A stretch of 64,000 nt of DNA from an uncultured Candidatus Saccharibacteria bacterium. GTDB taxonomy: Bacteria > Patescibacteriota > Saccharimonadia > Saccharimonadales > JAUPVS01. Shown in pieces: positions 1-9,236 of this stretch. The first letter of the stretch is position 1, and the number at the start of each line of letters is the position of its first letter. The notes under the pieces are model-generated. The model did not search any database, was not told the origin of the DNA, and worked only from the letters and a program-made list of their open reading frames with translations. Location of the stretch: contig CAYPFM010000002.1 of the NCBI GenBank assembly GCA_964410185.1, forward strand, positions 134,047 to 198,046, read 5' to 3'. The position numbers and the translations under genes were made by a program.

Positions 1-70
1 AATCCACCGCCTCCAGGTTGCGGTCTGAGGCGGGGTTTGGGAAACCCGAATGAATCGACACATCAGTCAT
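1..70 (-). CDS. 5' end (partial, runs off window) of a LexA/UmuD-like S24 peptidase family protein
   Basis: ATG at 70..68 opens MTDVSIHSGFPNPASDRNLEAVD...; the SGFPNPA-D motif resembles the N-terminal GFPSPA(A/D)D motif of UmuD-type S24 peptidases. It is absent from the ORF track because it is truncated. Confidence 0.35.
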   Translation of the reverse strand, partial: MTDVSIHSGFPNPASDRNLEAVD

Positions 71-83
71 GGTATTAGTATAC

Positions 84-133
84 CTTTTTGGTTACGGCTT
101 CGACCTCAAGGGTCTGCAGATGTAACCAAAAAG
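84..133 (+). repeat. Hairpin-repeat family, copy A: perfect 12-bp stem plus conserved apical module
   Basis: Stem 84-95 (ctttttggttac) pairs perfectly with 122-133 (gtaaccaaaaag). The loop 96-121 is ggcttcGACCtcaagGGTCtgcagat, the same module as the reverse complement of the loops at 206-230 and 31761-31784. Confidence 0.8.
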
Positions 134-179
134 CCATCCTAATACCACACCTGAGCCGCCTATTTCTGTCGCCCGGAAA

Positions 180-256
180 GTAAACCTCGTTGCTACTTTT
201 ATTGCATCTGCAGGCCGTAAGGCCGAAGCCGCAATAAAAGTAGCAACGAGGTTTAC
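180..256 (-). repeat. Hairpin-repeat family, copy B: perfect 26-bp stem plus conserved apical module; overlaps the stop codon of the response-regulator gene
   Basis: 180-205 is the exact reverse complement of 231-256. The loop read on the minus strand is ggcttcGGCCttacGGCCtgcagat. The TAA stop of CDS 253..657 lies inside the right arm. Confidence 0.85.
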
Positions 257-657
257 CGGATGCTGTCAAGGATGTTGACCAACTGGCGGGGGGTGATTTC
301 GGCTTTGATGATGTAGCCGTCGGCCTGGTGTTCGATGGCCTCGCGGGTCTCTTCTTTTTGTTCGAGGTTGGTGGTAATGATAATTTTGGCTTTGAGCGGT
401 GGCGTTTGACTGGGGTCACGGAGGCGCTTGAGTACCTCGGTACCAACCATGTTGGGGACCATTAAATCGAGCAAGATAATGTCGTATTGGTTGGTTTGAG
501 CTTCTTTGAGGCCTTCGAGGCCGTCGACCACCACTTTAATTTGGTAGCCGGCTTTATTGAGGGCCCGGGCGTAGAGTTCGCCAATAAAAAACTCGTCTTC
601 GACGCAGAGTACTTTACGGCCGGTTCGAGCTGGTTGAGAAGTTTTGTCTTGATCCAC
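253..657 (-). CDS. Response regulator, receiver domain only (CheY-like)
   Basis: 134 aa; KVLCVEDE...DIILLDLMVPNMVGTEVLKRLR has the receiver-domain acidic pocket and phospho-acceptor Asp context. It sits directly downstream of a histidine kinase. Confidence 0.85.
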   Translation of the reverse strand: MDQDKTSQPARTGRKVLCVEDEFFIGELYARALNKAGYQIKVVVDGLEGLKEAQTNQYDIILLDLMVPNMVGTEVLKRLRDPSQTPPLKAKIIITTNLEQKEETREAIEHQADGYIIKAEITPRQLVNILDSIR

Positions 658-666
658 GATTTCCTC

Positions 667-2211
667 TTATCTTCTGTATAACGAGTGATTTTTGATCCAC
701 CCGTGGGCGTTGCGGGTAATGCCCTTATTATTGCTGTCTTTCAGATTTCCTGCAAGCGAGGCGTAGGGTTGCACGGTAAAGCTGACACTTGTGCCCTGGC
801 CTTCTCTGGACTTAATCCAGATGTTACCGCCCTGGGCTTTGACCAGTGACAAACAGAGGTAGAGGCCCAAGCCGGTGCCTCCGATGCGGGCTTGGTTATG
901 GTGGTTGCGATGGAACTTCTCGAACAGGCTGGGGATGACGCTGGCCGGGATGCCAACACCCTGATCGGTGACAGTGGTTTCGACCATATTATCGGTGGTG
1001 AGACGAGCATGAATGGTGACGACCTTGCCCTGGCCATTGCCGCTGTATTTAATGGCGTTGTCGAGGAGGTTGTTCAGTACCTCAATGACACTGATTTTGT
1101 CGACACCAACTTTGGGCACATTGGCGTCGACGGCGTACTTGATGGTGACACCCTTAATGCGCGCCGCTAGGCTGAGGTTTTCGGCAGCGCTTTTGACGAC
1201 ACTGGCCCAGTCTTCCTCTGCTAGTTTGAGGGCGAGCTGCCCTTCTTGGATACGTGCCACATTGAGAATATTGCCCACAAAGGCGGTTAACTGCTGAGCC
1301 GAGGCTTCCATGCGATCCATGAAGCTATTCATTTCGGGGTCGAGCTTGCCGGCCAGTTCATCTTCAAATATCTCTATATAGCCACGCAGCGCCGTCAATG
1401 GCGTCCGGAGTTCGTGGACCGCGAGGGCGATGAAGTCGAGGCCTTGGTCATCACCGTTGTAACGGTCAGTTTGGTCAAAAATCGTCAGAAGCATCTCGAT
1501 GCCGGAGGGGTCGTCTTTGCTATAGGCAGCGGCCATATCGAATTGCTTGAGCGTGGTTTGGTCGGCCAATTTGAGGCGGACGTGCTGCCAAGCATGACTA
1601 TCTTTAGCTTTGTTGGCGCGGCAGTCTTGCAGCCAGGCATCGAGCGTGTTCTCTTCTGAAAATGACAGATCAAAGACCGAGTACAGATTCTTTTGGAGCA
1701 CGTCGGCCGACTTCAGCCCCAAGTAGCGGAGGCCGGCTTGGTTGGCGAAGGTTATAACTTGATCCTTATTGACCGCAAAAACTGGCAGCGGCAGATCGTC
1801 GGCCATCTGCGTGGTCACACTTGGTTTCTGACTTTGGGGGCTACTGCCATTGGAGGTTTCGCTGGTGCTGGCCAGTTGGTAGACCTGTAGTGCCAAGGTG
1901 GTGACCAGCTCCTGGCCAATTTTATTCTTCTCCAGGTTTGGTGGCGCGGTGCTGCTATGCCCCGGTGTGACGTGAAGGATGGCGCGCCAGACAATATCAA
2001 GGGGTTTGAGCGAATAGTCGGCTAAGATAAGCGAAACAATCCAGACTGCCACCAGGCCAGTGACAAGGAGGAGGATGCTAATAATGTTGTCGTGGTTGGG
2101 ATACATCCGACGAACCATCCAAGAACCACCGACCATGATAAAGACGGTTAGGCCACCAAGTAGAAAGATGTAACTTTGGACTTGGCGTTTGAGCTTGTCG
2201 AAATTATCCAT
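667..2211 (-). CDS. Sensor histidine kinase (2 TM, PAS-like, HisKA, HATPase_c)
   Basis: 514 aa; H-box LAVHELRTPLTALRGYIE, N-box NLLDNAIKY, G-boxes DQGVGI and GGTGLGLYL; N-terminal hydrophobic helices. Confidence 0.9.
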   Translation of the reverse strand: MDNFDKLKRQVQSYIFLLGGLTVFIMVGGSWMVRRMYPNHDNIISILLLVTGLVAVWIVSLILADYSLKPLDIVWRAILHVTPGHSSTAPPNLEKNKIGQELVTTLALQVYQLASTSETSNGSSPQSQKPSVTTQMADDLPLPVFAVNKDQVITFANQAGLRYLGLKSADVLQKNLYSVFDLSFSEENTLDAWLQDCRANKAKDSHAWQHVRLKLADQTTLKQFDMAAAYSKDDPSGIEMLLTIFDQTDRYNGDDQGLDFIALAVHELRTPLTALRGYIEIFEDELAGKLDPEMNSFMDRMEASAQQLTAFVGNILNVARIQEGQLALKLAEEDWASVVKSAAENLSLAARIKGVTIKYAVDANVPKVGVDKISVIEVLNNLLDNAIKYSGNGQGKVVTIHARLTTDNMVETTVTDQGVGIPASVIPSLFEKFHRNHHNQARIGGTGLGLYLCLSLVKAQGGNIWIKSREGQGTSVSFTVQPYASLAGNLKDSNNKGITRNAHGWIKNHSLYRR

Positions 2212-2217
2212 ACGCTC

Positions 2218-3468
2218 CTACGGTTTATAGACTACGGCACCAGTGATGTTCACCAGGCTAATCCAGGTTTGTCCAGGGTTTAACTTGAGGGTATTGCCGT
2301 TACTATCTTTAAAAACGAACTGACTGGTGCGACTGTCTTTGGTCCATGTTCCTTGAGCGACGGCACCATCTTGGAAGACGTACATCGTGCCCGTACCGGT
2401 GGTCGTGTAGCTGTTGTGTGTACCGTCACTTTCCAGGGCGCTGGGAGTAACGAGGGCGATTACGACCTTGGGCGATAACTGGGCGCCAGACTTTTCGTCA
2501 GTATGAATTTTGCCACCTTCGCTGCGTTTGTAGCTATTGGTTGCAGCATCGTAGTCGTAGTGTGGGTTGTACAGATAGCTGGAAATCGCAAAATCAATGC
2601 TGGTAGCAGTTGGTGTGGCAACCTTGGCCTCGGGCTTGCGGACAAAACCAGTGAAGGTACTGCTGGTATAGCCCTTGGACTGGGCCAGCTTGTAGAGTTC
2701 GTCGATGCTGGAATAGACGTTGTGCGGTGCATAGCGCTGCGTAACACGATGGTAGGCGCTGGCGTTGGCGAACTGGTCGAGGTCTTTGACGTGCAGTTCC
2801 TTAATTTGAGCCAAAGCCGCGGGGCTACCACCGACATGGGCATACGAGGCATCGAACGGAAGTAGCCAGTCGAGATAGTACGGCCGTGAGCTGCGTATTG
2901 GGCCAATGTAGCCGGGCTGAGCCTCCTGGAAGAGCGCCAGGAAGCGCGTAATACCACCCTCGGCCACCGCTTCGTAGACAACACCGGCTTCGAGCAGGCC
3001 TGATTGTGGTCGGGCATCAGGACTGTTTTCGATCATAACCCCGGTAACGGCTCGTTTGTTCATCTCGGGCGGAACTTGTAACCCGGTCAGATTGGAGGGT
3101 TCGGTGGTTGGCTTAGTCTCGACCACAGCGGTTTTCTTAACAACTACGACTGCTTTTGGCTTGTGGGTCTGCTTGTAGGCGTAGACTCCCCCACCAATCA
3201 AGGCTAGCAGTAAGACCACCAAGAGGCCGGTAAATAATCGTTTCTTGCGCTTTGACCACGCTGTTGGCCAGATGTGAAACTTACGCTGCTTCTTGGGCGC
3301 CGCAGGTTTAGCTGGCTTGGGGGGCTTTGGCTCAATCGCTGGTTCTACTGGCTCCACTGTTGGCGTGGGTGGTTCAACGGGGGTTTGAACTGGTTCGCTT
3401 GGGAGCTCGGGCATCTTTTTATTTTTGGAGCCTTTTTTGGGCGCCGCAAAGTCGTTAATCATAAGCAA
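2218..3468 (-). CDS. DUF3048-family secreted/membrane-anchored protein (YerB-like)
   Basis: 416 aa; Pro/Lys-rich N-terminus, one TM, then GVMIENSPDARPQSGL..GITRFLALFQ, typical of DUF3048. Confidence 0.6.
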   Translation of the reverse strand: MLMINDFAAPKKGSKNKKMPELPSEPVQTPVEPPTPTVEPVEPAIEPKPPKPAKPAAPKKQRKFHIWPTAWSKRKKRLFTGLLVVLLLALIGGGVYAYKQTHKPKAVVVVKKTAVVETKPTTEPSNLTGLQVPPEMNKRAVTGVMIENSPDARPQSGLLEAGVVYEAVAEGGITRFLALFQEAQPGYIGPIRSSRPYYLDWLLPFDASYAHVGGSPAALAQIKELHVKDLDQFANASAYHRVTQRYAPHNVYSSIDELYKLAQSKGYTSSTFTGFVRKPEAKVATPTATSIDFAISSYLYNPHYDYDAATNSYKRSEGGKIHTDEKSGAQLSPKVVIALVTPSALESDGTHNSYTTTGTGTMYVFQDGAVAQGTWTKDSRTSQFVFKDSNGNTLKLNPGQTWISLVNITGAVVYKP

Positions 3469-3545
3469 TATTGTAGCAGGTGGGCCTCTGTTTCTAAAGC
3501 CCTTGCCCCACAGACCGCCCAGAGGAAAGAGGCCTTTTGGTGCTG

Positions 3546-4961
3546 TTAGAGTTGGGCGATGGAGCGGGCGAGCCGCTGGAGGGAGGCTTCTTTGCCAAGA
3601 ACGTGCAGTGTTTCGGCCAGGCCGGGGCTGGCAGGCGCCCAGGTGGTGGCGATGCGAATCAGGCTAAATAGGGTGCCCGGCTTCTGGCCGGTGGTTTCGA
3701 GTAGTTGGTTGAGCCGCTCCTGGAGGTCCCCAACCCCAAAGTCGCTTTGTTCCAAGGTGGTTTGGGCTTGCTCGAGTAAGGTCTTGAGTTGGCTATGGTC
3801 GAGTTTTTTGAGCTGCTTGTTGCCATCGATAAGCTCCATGTTGACCGGTAGCTCGGTGAAGAAGAAGTTGGTCAAGGCTGGCAGCTCAGCAAAGTATTTA
3901 AGCCGTTCCTGGGTGAGGCCCAACACGGCTTTTTTATAGTCTTCGGGAGCATCGGCGGCTTCGGCTGGCCAAAAGTCAGCGACTTTTTGGTAGAGGTCGT
4001 CCAACGGCAGTTCACGAATAAAGGAGCCATTAACCCAAAGTAAGCGGCGCTCGTCAAAGGCGGCGCCAGATTTGCCAACCCTGTCGAGACTAAACTTCTG
4101 AATTAACTCGTCGCGGGTAAAGACTTCTTGCTCGGTGCCATCGTTCCACCCCAGGGTGGCAATAAAGCTGACCAAGGCATCTGGTAGGTAGCCATCGCGG
4201 ATATAGTCTAAAACATCTTTGGCACCATCGCGTTTGCTGAGTTTTTTGTTACCGCCTTCGCCCAAGATATGCGGCATGGTGGCCAGAATTGGCCGTTCCA
4301 ACCCCAGCGCTTCATACAGGTTTAAGTAGTTCGGTGTGCTGGCCAAAAATTCCTGCCCGCGGATGACGTGGGTGATGTTCATTTCGGCGTCATCAACGAT
4401 GTGGGCGAAGTTGTAGGTCGGGTAGCCGTCGGACTTGATAAGGATAAAGTCGTCTTGGGCTTCGGGTCCGGCGTGCAGGTCGCCCATGACGGCGTCGTGC
4501 CACTCCCACTTCTGGGGGTTGGTTTTAAAGCGAAGTGGCGTCGTGCCATCCCAGGCAGGTGGGTTTTCGGGCCGGTGATTACGGTACAAAAATGGTTTCT
4601 TGTCTTTTTGGGCCTGCTCGCGGAAGGCTTGCACTTCGGCTGGGGTGTAGGGGTCGGCATAGGCATGACCGTCGGCAATTAACTGCTCGGCGTAGGCCTT
4701 ATAGACATCGAGGTGTTCGCTCTGGCGGATTGGCCCCTCATCAAAATCTAAACCGAGCGCCAAGAGGCTATCAACAATATGCTGGGCTGCCCCTTCAACC
4801 TCGCGGGCTTTGTCAGTATCTTCAAGCCGCAAAATGAACTGTCCCCCACCCTGTCGGGCTAGTAGCCAGGCAAACAAGGCGGTGCGAATGCCGCCCACAT
4901 GCAGGTAGCCAGTTGGGCTGGGAGCAAAACGGGTGCGTGGAGGGGTTGGGTTGGGAATCAT
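3546..4961 (-). CDS. gltX: Glutamate--tRNA ligase
   Basis: 471 aa; RTRFAPSPTGYLHVGGIRTALF (HIGH region) and KLSKRDG (KMSKS-like). Confidence 0.95.
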   Translation of the reverse strand: MIPNPTPPRTRFAPSPTGYLHVGGIRTALFAWLLARQGGGQFILRLEDTDKAREVEGAAQHIVDSLLALGLDFDEGPIRQSEHLDVYKAYAEQLIADGHAYADPYTPAEVQAFREQAQKDKKPFLYRNHRPENPPAWDGTTPLRFKTNPQKWEWHDAVMGDLHAGPEAQDDFILIKSDGYPTYNFAHIVDDAEMNITHVIRGQEFLASTPNYLNLYEALGLERPILATMPHILGEGGNKKLSKRDGAKDVLDYIRDGYLPDALVSFIATLGWNDGTEQEVFTRDELIQKFSLDRVGKSGAAFDERRLLWVNGSFIRELPLDDLYQKVADFWPAEAADAPEDYKKAVLGLTQERLKYFAELPALTNFFFTELPVNMELIDGNKQLKKLDHSQLKTLLEQAQTTLEQSDFGVGDLQERLNQLLETTGQKPGTLFSLIRIATTWAPASPGLAETLHVLGKEASLQRLARSIAQL

Positions 4962-5017
4962 GATTTACCTATTGTAACAGATAACGAGCGAGCTAAAGGC
5001 TATCGCTAGGCGGAAGC

Positions 5018-6118
5018 CTAGAGGCTATCGGCGATGCTGACGACTTGATCGCTACTCAGGCCAGCATTGCCGGTGACCTGATAAAGGACGCCACCATTGA
5101 CCCAGGCAGCGTTGGCGCCACCGTTGTAGAGATAGATGGTTTTACCCTTATCGAGCAGGGCGACAGGTGAATCATTGGATTTGAAGAAGTTAAAACGTAG
5201 CGAATCACTGGTCCAGTTGGAGGGCTGCTGGCTGACGGTATAGGTTCGGTTGTCGGTGTGCGACCGGAAGCTAACGGTGATATTGCCTGGTGTCGCTTTG
5301 ATAGGGCTACTCATACCAAAACCCCCCGGCGTATAAGCGGGCAAAGTGCCATGGAAGCCAGCGCGGCTACCAGCGATATACATCGAAATATTTGGTGCGC
5401 TCTGGTAAGCCACAAACCCGGACAGCAAAATAATCACCAAGCTAACGGTGGCGATACTGAGGGCGCGGTTACTGACACCGAGCTTCTTGGCAGCTCGATG
5501 ATGCAGTTTGGGTACCTTTGGTCGGCTTTGTTGGTGACTCTGGGCGGTTTCGAGAGCTTTATTAAAGGAGGCTTCACTACTTGACGGGCTTTGTTTTGGT
5601 GACGCTGAAGCGGCGTGAATGGGTGGCTCGCTGGCTGCAGGAGCTTTGGGGTGTGGCTGAACGGGCAGATGTTCAACTTTTTTATCGACTTTATCAGCCT
5701 CGGCCTGATTTTTACTTGTCGTGCCAAAACGACTAATTGCAGCGCTTTTGGCGACTTTCTGGGCGCGTTGTTGGCGTTCGTTCAGTTGGCTGGTTGGCAG
5801 TGATGGTTTGCTGGGTTTGGGTGCGTCGGCTTTTGTGGTGGTTGCAGTTACTGGTGTGGCAGCCGGCTTTTTGACGACGTGGCGCATCAAGGTCTGAGCG
5901 TGCTGTGGTTTGCGAGTGGCGGCTTGGGGCTTGGTAACGGGACGCGAGGTGGTTTTTTTAGCGGTCGCATGGCTGGGTGGACGGAAGAAGCCATCCATCG
6001 AAGCACCTGTTTTTGGTGTGGCAGCTTTGGTTGTTTTGGTTGCTGCTTGAACCATGGCCCCAGTCGAGGCGTCGTATAGTTTTCCGTTTAGTTCGATGGT
6101 TGTTTTTGGTTGGCCCAC
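5018..6118 (-). CDS. Hypothetical membrane-anchored protein with long low-complexity K/A/T/P-rich N-terminal region
   Basis: 366 aa intact ORF with a single TM (ALSIATVSLVIILLSGFVAY) followed by a globular C-terminal domain. No motif recognised. Confidence 0.5.
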   Translation of the reverse strand: MGQPKTTIELNGKLYDASTGAMVQAATKTTKAATPKTGASMDGFFRPPSHATAKKTTSRPVTKPQAATRKPQHAQTLMRHVVKKPAATPVTATTTKADAPKPSKPSLPTSQLNERQQRAQKVAKSAAISRFGTTSKNQAEADKVDKKVEHLPVQPHPKAPAASEPPIHAASASPKQSPSSSEASFNKALETAQSHQQSRPKVPKLHHRAAKKLGVSNRALSIATVSLVIILLSGFVAYQSAPNISMYIAGSRAGFHGTLPAYTPGGFGMSSPIKATPGNITVSFRSHTDNRTYTVSQQPSNWTSDSLRFNFFKSNDSPVALLDKGKTIYLYNGGANAAWVNGGVLYQVTGNAGLSSDQVVSIADSL

Positions 6119-6257
6119 GCGTTTTTCCCTACTGAATACTGGTCGGTTGTTACCCTGATAGTATGTATCTTACCGCCTGAAACCAGTTGCCGCAAGCGGT
6201 TTACAGCTTCCCAAGAGATTTTAGGGGTGACCAGACGTAGCAGACGTGCTAAATTGA

Positions 6258-7760
6258 TTGGGCAACGTATACACTTCTATGGACTTTTTAAACCCAACAA
6301 AAAAACGTGCCCAAAAAATTCAGCTAATCGTCGGCTATATCCTGATTGCTATTGCTATCGGCCTCGTAACGGCCATCCTAGTATTTCAGTCGTACGGGTA
6401 TGATCTAGACCGCAAAACCGGTGCTATTATCCAAAACGGCTTACTAGTAGTGGCCGCACAGCCAAAGCCAGCTGATATTTATTTGAACGGCAAACAGTAT
6501 AAGTCCCAATCTGATGCCAAGCTGGTCTTGCCGTCTGACATCTATAAGCTTGAATTGAAAAACAACGGTTACCGCGACTGGAGTCGTACGGTTAGTCTGG
6601 CTGGTGGCAGTATAGAACGATTTGTCTACCCATTCTTGTGGCCGCAGAATCTGACTGCTAAAACCCAGAAGACCTATGCTGCCGCACCAACTTTGGCCAC
6701 ACAGAGCCCTGACCGCCACTGGATGCTCATCCAGCAGCCGGGTCAGGTTGGCGTGTTTGACCAATATGATGCGAACGACAGTAAAAAGCCCGTCACGGTG
6801 GTTACCTTGCCGCCTACAGTTCTGCCGGCCGGTACTGGTCATCAATTATCGGTGGTAGAGTGGTCAACCGACAATCGACACGTTTTACTACAGGATGACT
6901 ACAGCGCGGGCCGCCAGTTTATCGTGCTGGATCGAGATACACCGACTTCTTCTTACAACGTGACGACGGCACTCAAGATAAACCCCTCGGAAGTTACGCT
7001 CAAAGATAAGCACTTCGACCAACTGTACGTCTACGACCAGGCCACCCACAAGCTTGATCTCGGTGATGTGAGAGATAGTACCGTTAAGCCAATTCTCACC
7101 AATGTCTTGGCCTTTAAGTCGCACGGTAGCGAACTCATCATGTACGCCAGCGACGAGGGCGCTACCGCCGGGAAAACCCGAATTATGATCAAGGACGGCG
7201 ATGGTTCATACCCCTTGCGCGAAGTCTCAGCCGGTTCAAAATATTTGATGGATTTGGCGCAGTATAGTGGGCACTGGTACGTCGGCGCCGGTGCCGCTGT
7301 TGATAATAAAGTGTACGTCTACAAAGACCCGCTCGATAAACTCAAACAAACCAAACCACAGCCAGTGGTGGCGGAGAGTGTGCTGCGCGTAACGGGTCCG
7401 GGCTGGATTGATTTCTCGGCCAACGCCCAGTCGCTGGCCATCCAGGGTGGCTCGCAGTTTAGCGTTTATGATGCCGAGAACCAACGAACCTACAAGTATG
7501 ATTTACAGCTACCAGTCGATACCGCCGCACCGAACGCCGAATGGATGGACGGTAACCGCCTGATCGTTAACAGTGCCGGCAAAATGGTGGTCGTGGACTT
7601 TGACGGCACCAACATGCAAACCCTATCAGCTAATCAGCCGGGCCTTTCACCCTTCTTCGATCGCCAATACAAACTGCTTTATAACATTGCTCCGGCGACA
7701 ACACCGGCTGGCAGCTTTAACCTCAATCGAGTCAACCTGCTGGTTGGCCAAAACAACTAG
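6258..7760 (+). CDS. PEGA-domain membrane protein (start probably ATG 6279)
   Basis: N-terminal TM, then ADIYLNGKQYKSQSDAKLVLPSDIYKLELKNNGYRDWSRTVSL (PEGA-like), then a beta-propeller-like region. Confidence 0.6.
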   Translation: MGNVYTSMDFLNPTKKRAQKIQLIVGYILIAIAIGLVTAILVFQSYGYDLDRKTGAIIQNGLLVVAAQPKPADIYLNGKQYKSQSDAKLVLPSDIYKLELKNNGYRDWSRTVSLAGGSIERFVYPFLWPQNLTAKTQKTYAAAPTLATQSPDRHWMLIQQPGQVGVFDQYDANDSKKPVTVVTLPPTVLPAGTGHQLSVVEWSTDNRHVLLQDDYSAGRQFIVLDRDTPTSSYNVTTALKINPSEVTLKDKHFDQLYVYDQATHKLDLGDVRDSTVKPILTNVLAFKSHGSELIMYASDEGATAGKTRIMIKDGDGSYPLREVSAGSKYLMDLAQYSGHWYVGAGAAVDNKVYVYKDPLDKLKQTKPQPVVAESVLRVTGPGWIDFSANAQSLAIQGGSQFSVYDAENQRTYKYDLQLPVDTAAPNAEWMDGNRLIVNSAGKMVVVDFDGTNMQTLSANQPGLSPFFDRQYKLLYNIAPATTPAGSFNLNRVNLLVGQNN

Positions 7761-8936
7761 CTAGTTCGTAAACCAACCGGTGATATGCTGCCAAAGCGTT
7801 GGTGCCTGGCTCGGGATGGTGGACGGTGTGTTATTGCTTTTAACAGCGGTACTGGCGCTGTTAGCGCTAGGATTGGGTGAGATCTGTTCACCAATCACCA
7901 CAAGGCGATTCAGTGAGGTGCCTGGTGGGTCACACGTGATTAAGGTAGCCGTCGCCGGCTTGTCGGTCGGCCCAAGCACCGAAACATCGTTTGGCTTAAC
8001 AACTTTACGGTCGTAGACGCGGTAGACATACCGTTTGCCGTTTTTAGTGAGCGTAAAGGTATCGCCAATCTGTAGCCGGTTTAGCAAGACAAAAGCGAAC
8101 TTATACTTCCCTTTGTTGAGAATATTATTACTGGAGTGGCCAAAAATGACGGTATTCCCCTGCTCTCCCGGCGATGACGTAGTGGAGTAATGAACCACAC
8201 CGTTTTCGAGCGAGTTTTGAATGGCGCTTTCGTCGATACTGTTTTGGTCGTATATGACAGGAATTTGGACGTTAATCTTGGGAATGATCACTTCGTTGGC
8301 ATTGCTGCTGGGTTGACTGCCATCGGCAATAATCGGGGTGTTACTGACAGTACGACTCGGGGTGATGAAGGGCGCGATGATCCGTTCGTTAAAGAACCCA
8401 AACAACATAATCATAATGGCAATGGAACCAATGCCGAGCCCAAATAATATCGACTGAAAGTGATGTTTGGCCTTGAGTTTACTACGGCTGTCGACGTGGC
8501 GCAGCAACTGCTTTTTGACCTGCCCGACCGTCCGCTGACTGGTTTTTTTATGGTGTGGCGCCGGCATTTCTTGAGGAGCCTCTTTGGCTTGTTTGGCCTT
8601 GGCGCTCTCGCTGTAGAACTCTTCCCAGACCTGGTGTTTCTCGTCATCTGGCAGGCCAAGATAGTACTGGTGCCAAGCCGTTTGAATCTCTGGCAAACTT
8701 TTACCGGAGTGACTTAGTTCGTACATGAACTTTTGATGTTTCGAACGATGACTGAGTCGAGCAACCTCGCGCTCTTCGTCTAGGGCATTTGGTTCATGAT
8801 GCTCCTTGGCCTCCTGAACGTACAAGGAGCTGATTTTTTGACGAATAACTTCTGCGGCCAATTCACCGGACGTGTCGTCAGACCCTTGGTTGGAGGGGTC
8901 GGCGTGCGCGGATTGAGGATTTGCTTCGTTCGTCAT
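7761..8936 (-). CDS. Sortase-family transpeptidase with long N-terminal cytoplasmic extension
   Basis: 391 aa; TVIFGHSS, ...TLITCDPPGT (catalytic TLxTC) and a TM helix before the catalytic domain. Confidence 0.85.
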   Translation of the reverse strand: MTNEANPQSAHADPSNQGSDDTSGELAAEVIRQKISSLYVQEAKEHHEPNALDEEREVARLSHRSKHQKFMYELSHSGKSLPEIQTAWHQYYLGLPDDEKHQVWEEFYSESAKAKQAKEAPQEMPAPHHKKTSQRTVGQVKKQLLRHVDSRSKLKAKHHFQSILFGLGIGSIAIMIMLFGFFNERIIAPFITPSRTVSNTPIIADGSQPSSNANEVIIPKINVQIPVIYDQNSIDESAIQNSLENGVVHYSTTSSPGEQGNTVIFGHSSNNILNKGKYKFAFVLLNRLQIGDTFTLTKNGKRYVYRVYDRKVVKPNDVSVLGPTDKPATATLITCDPPGTSLNRLVVIGEQISPNPSANSASTAVKSNNTPSTIPSQAPTLWQHITGWFTN

Positions 8937-9032
8937 ACTCTATGTAATAAGCGTATGCTCAATTATAACAGGTTCTGACCTCTTTAGCGCCCCTTTGGGC
9001 TGGCGTCATTTTGTAGTACAATAGTCGCGCAG

Positions 9033-9119
9033 GCCGCAGTGGTGGAATTGGTAGACACGCCGGACTCAAAATCCTGTGAGCGCAAGCTCGTGACGGTTCA
9101 AGTCCGTCCTGCGGCACCA
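9033..9119 (+). tRNA. tRNA-Leu (anticodon CAA), class II with long variable arm, CCA encoded
   Basis: Acceptor GCCGCAG/CTGCGGC, anticodon loop CTCAAAA, variable arm GAGCgcaaGCTC, T-arm GACGGttcaagtCCGTC, discriminator A plus CCA; 87 nt. Confidence 0.95.
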
Positions 9120-9133
9120 GCTAGAATGAAAAC

Positions 9134-9156
9134 AACCGCCTTTAGGTGGTTTTTTA
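9134..9156 (+). terminator. Rho-independent terminator after tRNA-Leu
   Basis: AACCGCC-ttta-GGTGGTT (7 bp including one G-U) followed by TTTTATT. Confidence 0.7.
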
Positions 9157-9236
9157 TTCTAGGCTTGATACTTCAAGCACTGACTTGAACCGTGACCGCG
9201 AAGCGGCAGTGGTTTGGCGCGAGTTAACCTACATAG

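Noticed and set aside
75-446. Track ORF (123 aa, minus) overlapping hairpin repeats and the response-regulator gene. The same applies to the many other 60-185-aa track ORFs antisense to or out of frame with long conserved genes (for example 741..1037, 2460..3017, 4379..4678, 24943..25374, 29228..29674, 40000..40422, 46119..46517, 61644..62078).
   Set aside because: Each lies inside a longer ORF with clear family motifs on another frame or strand. Their sequences are low-complexity (R/P/A/S-rich), typical of shadow frames in ~50% GC DNA.
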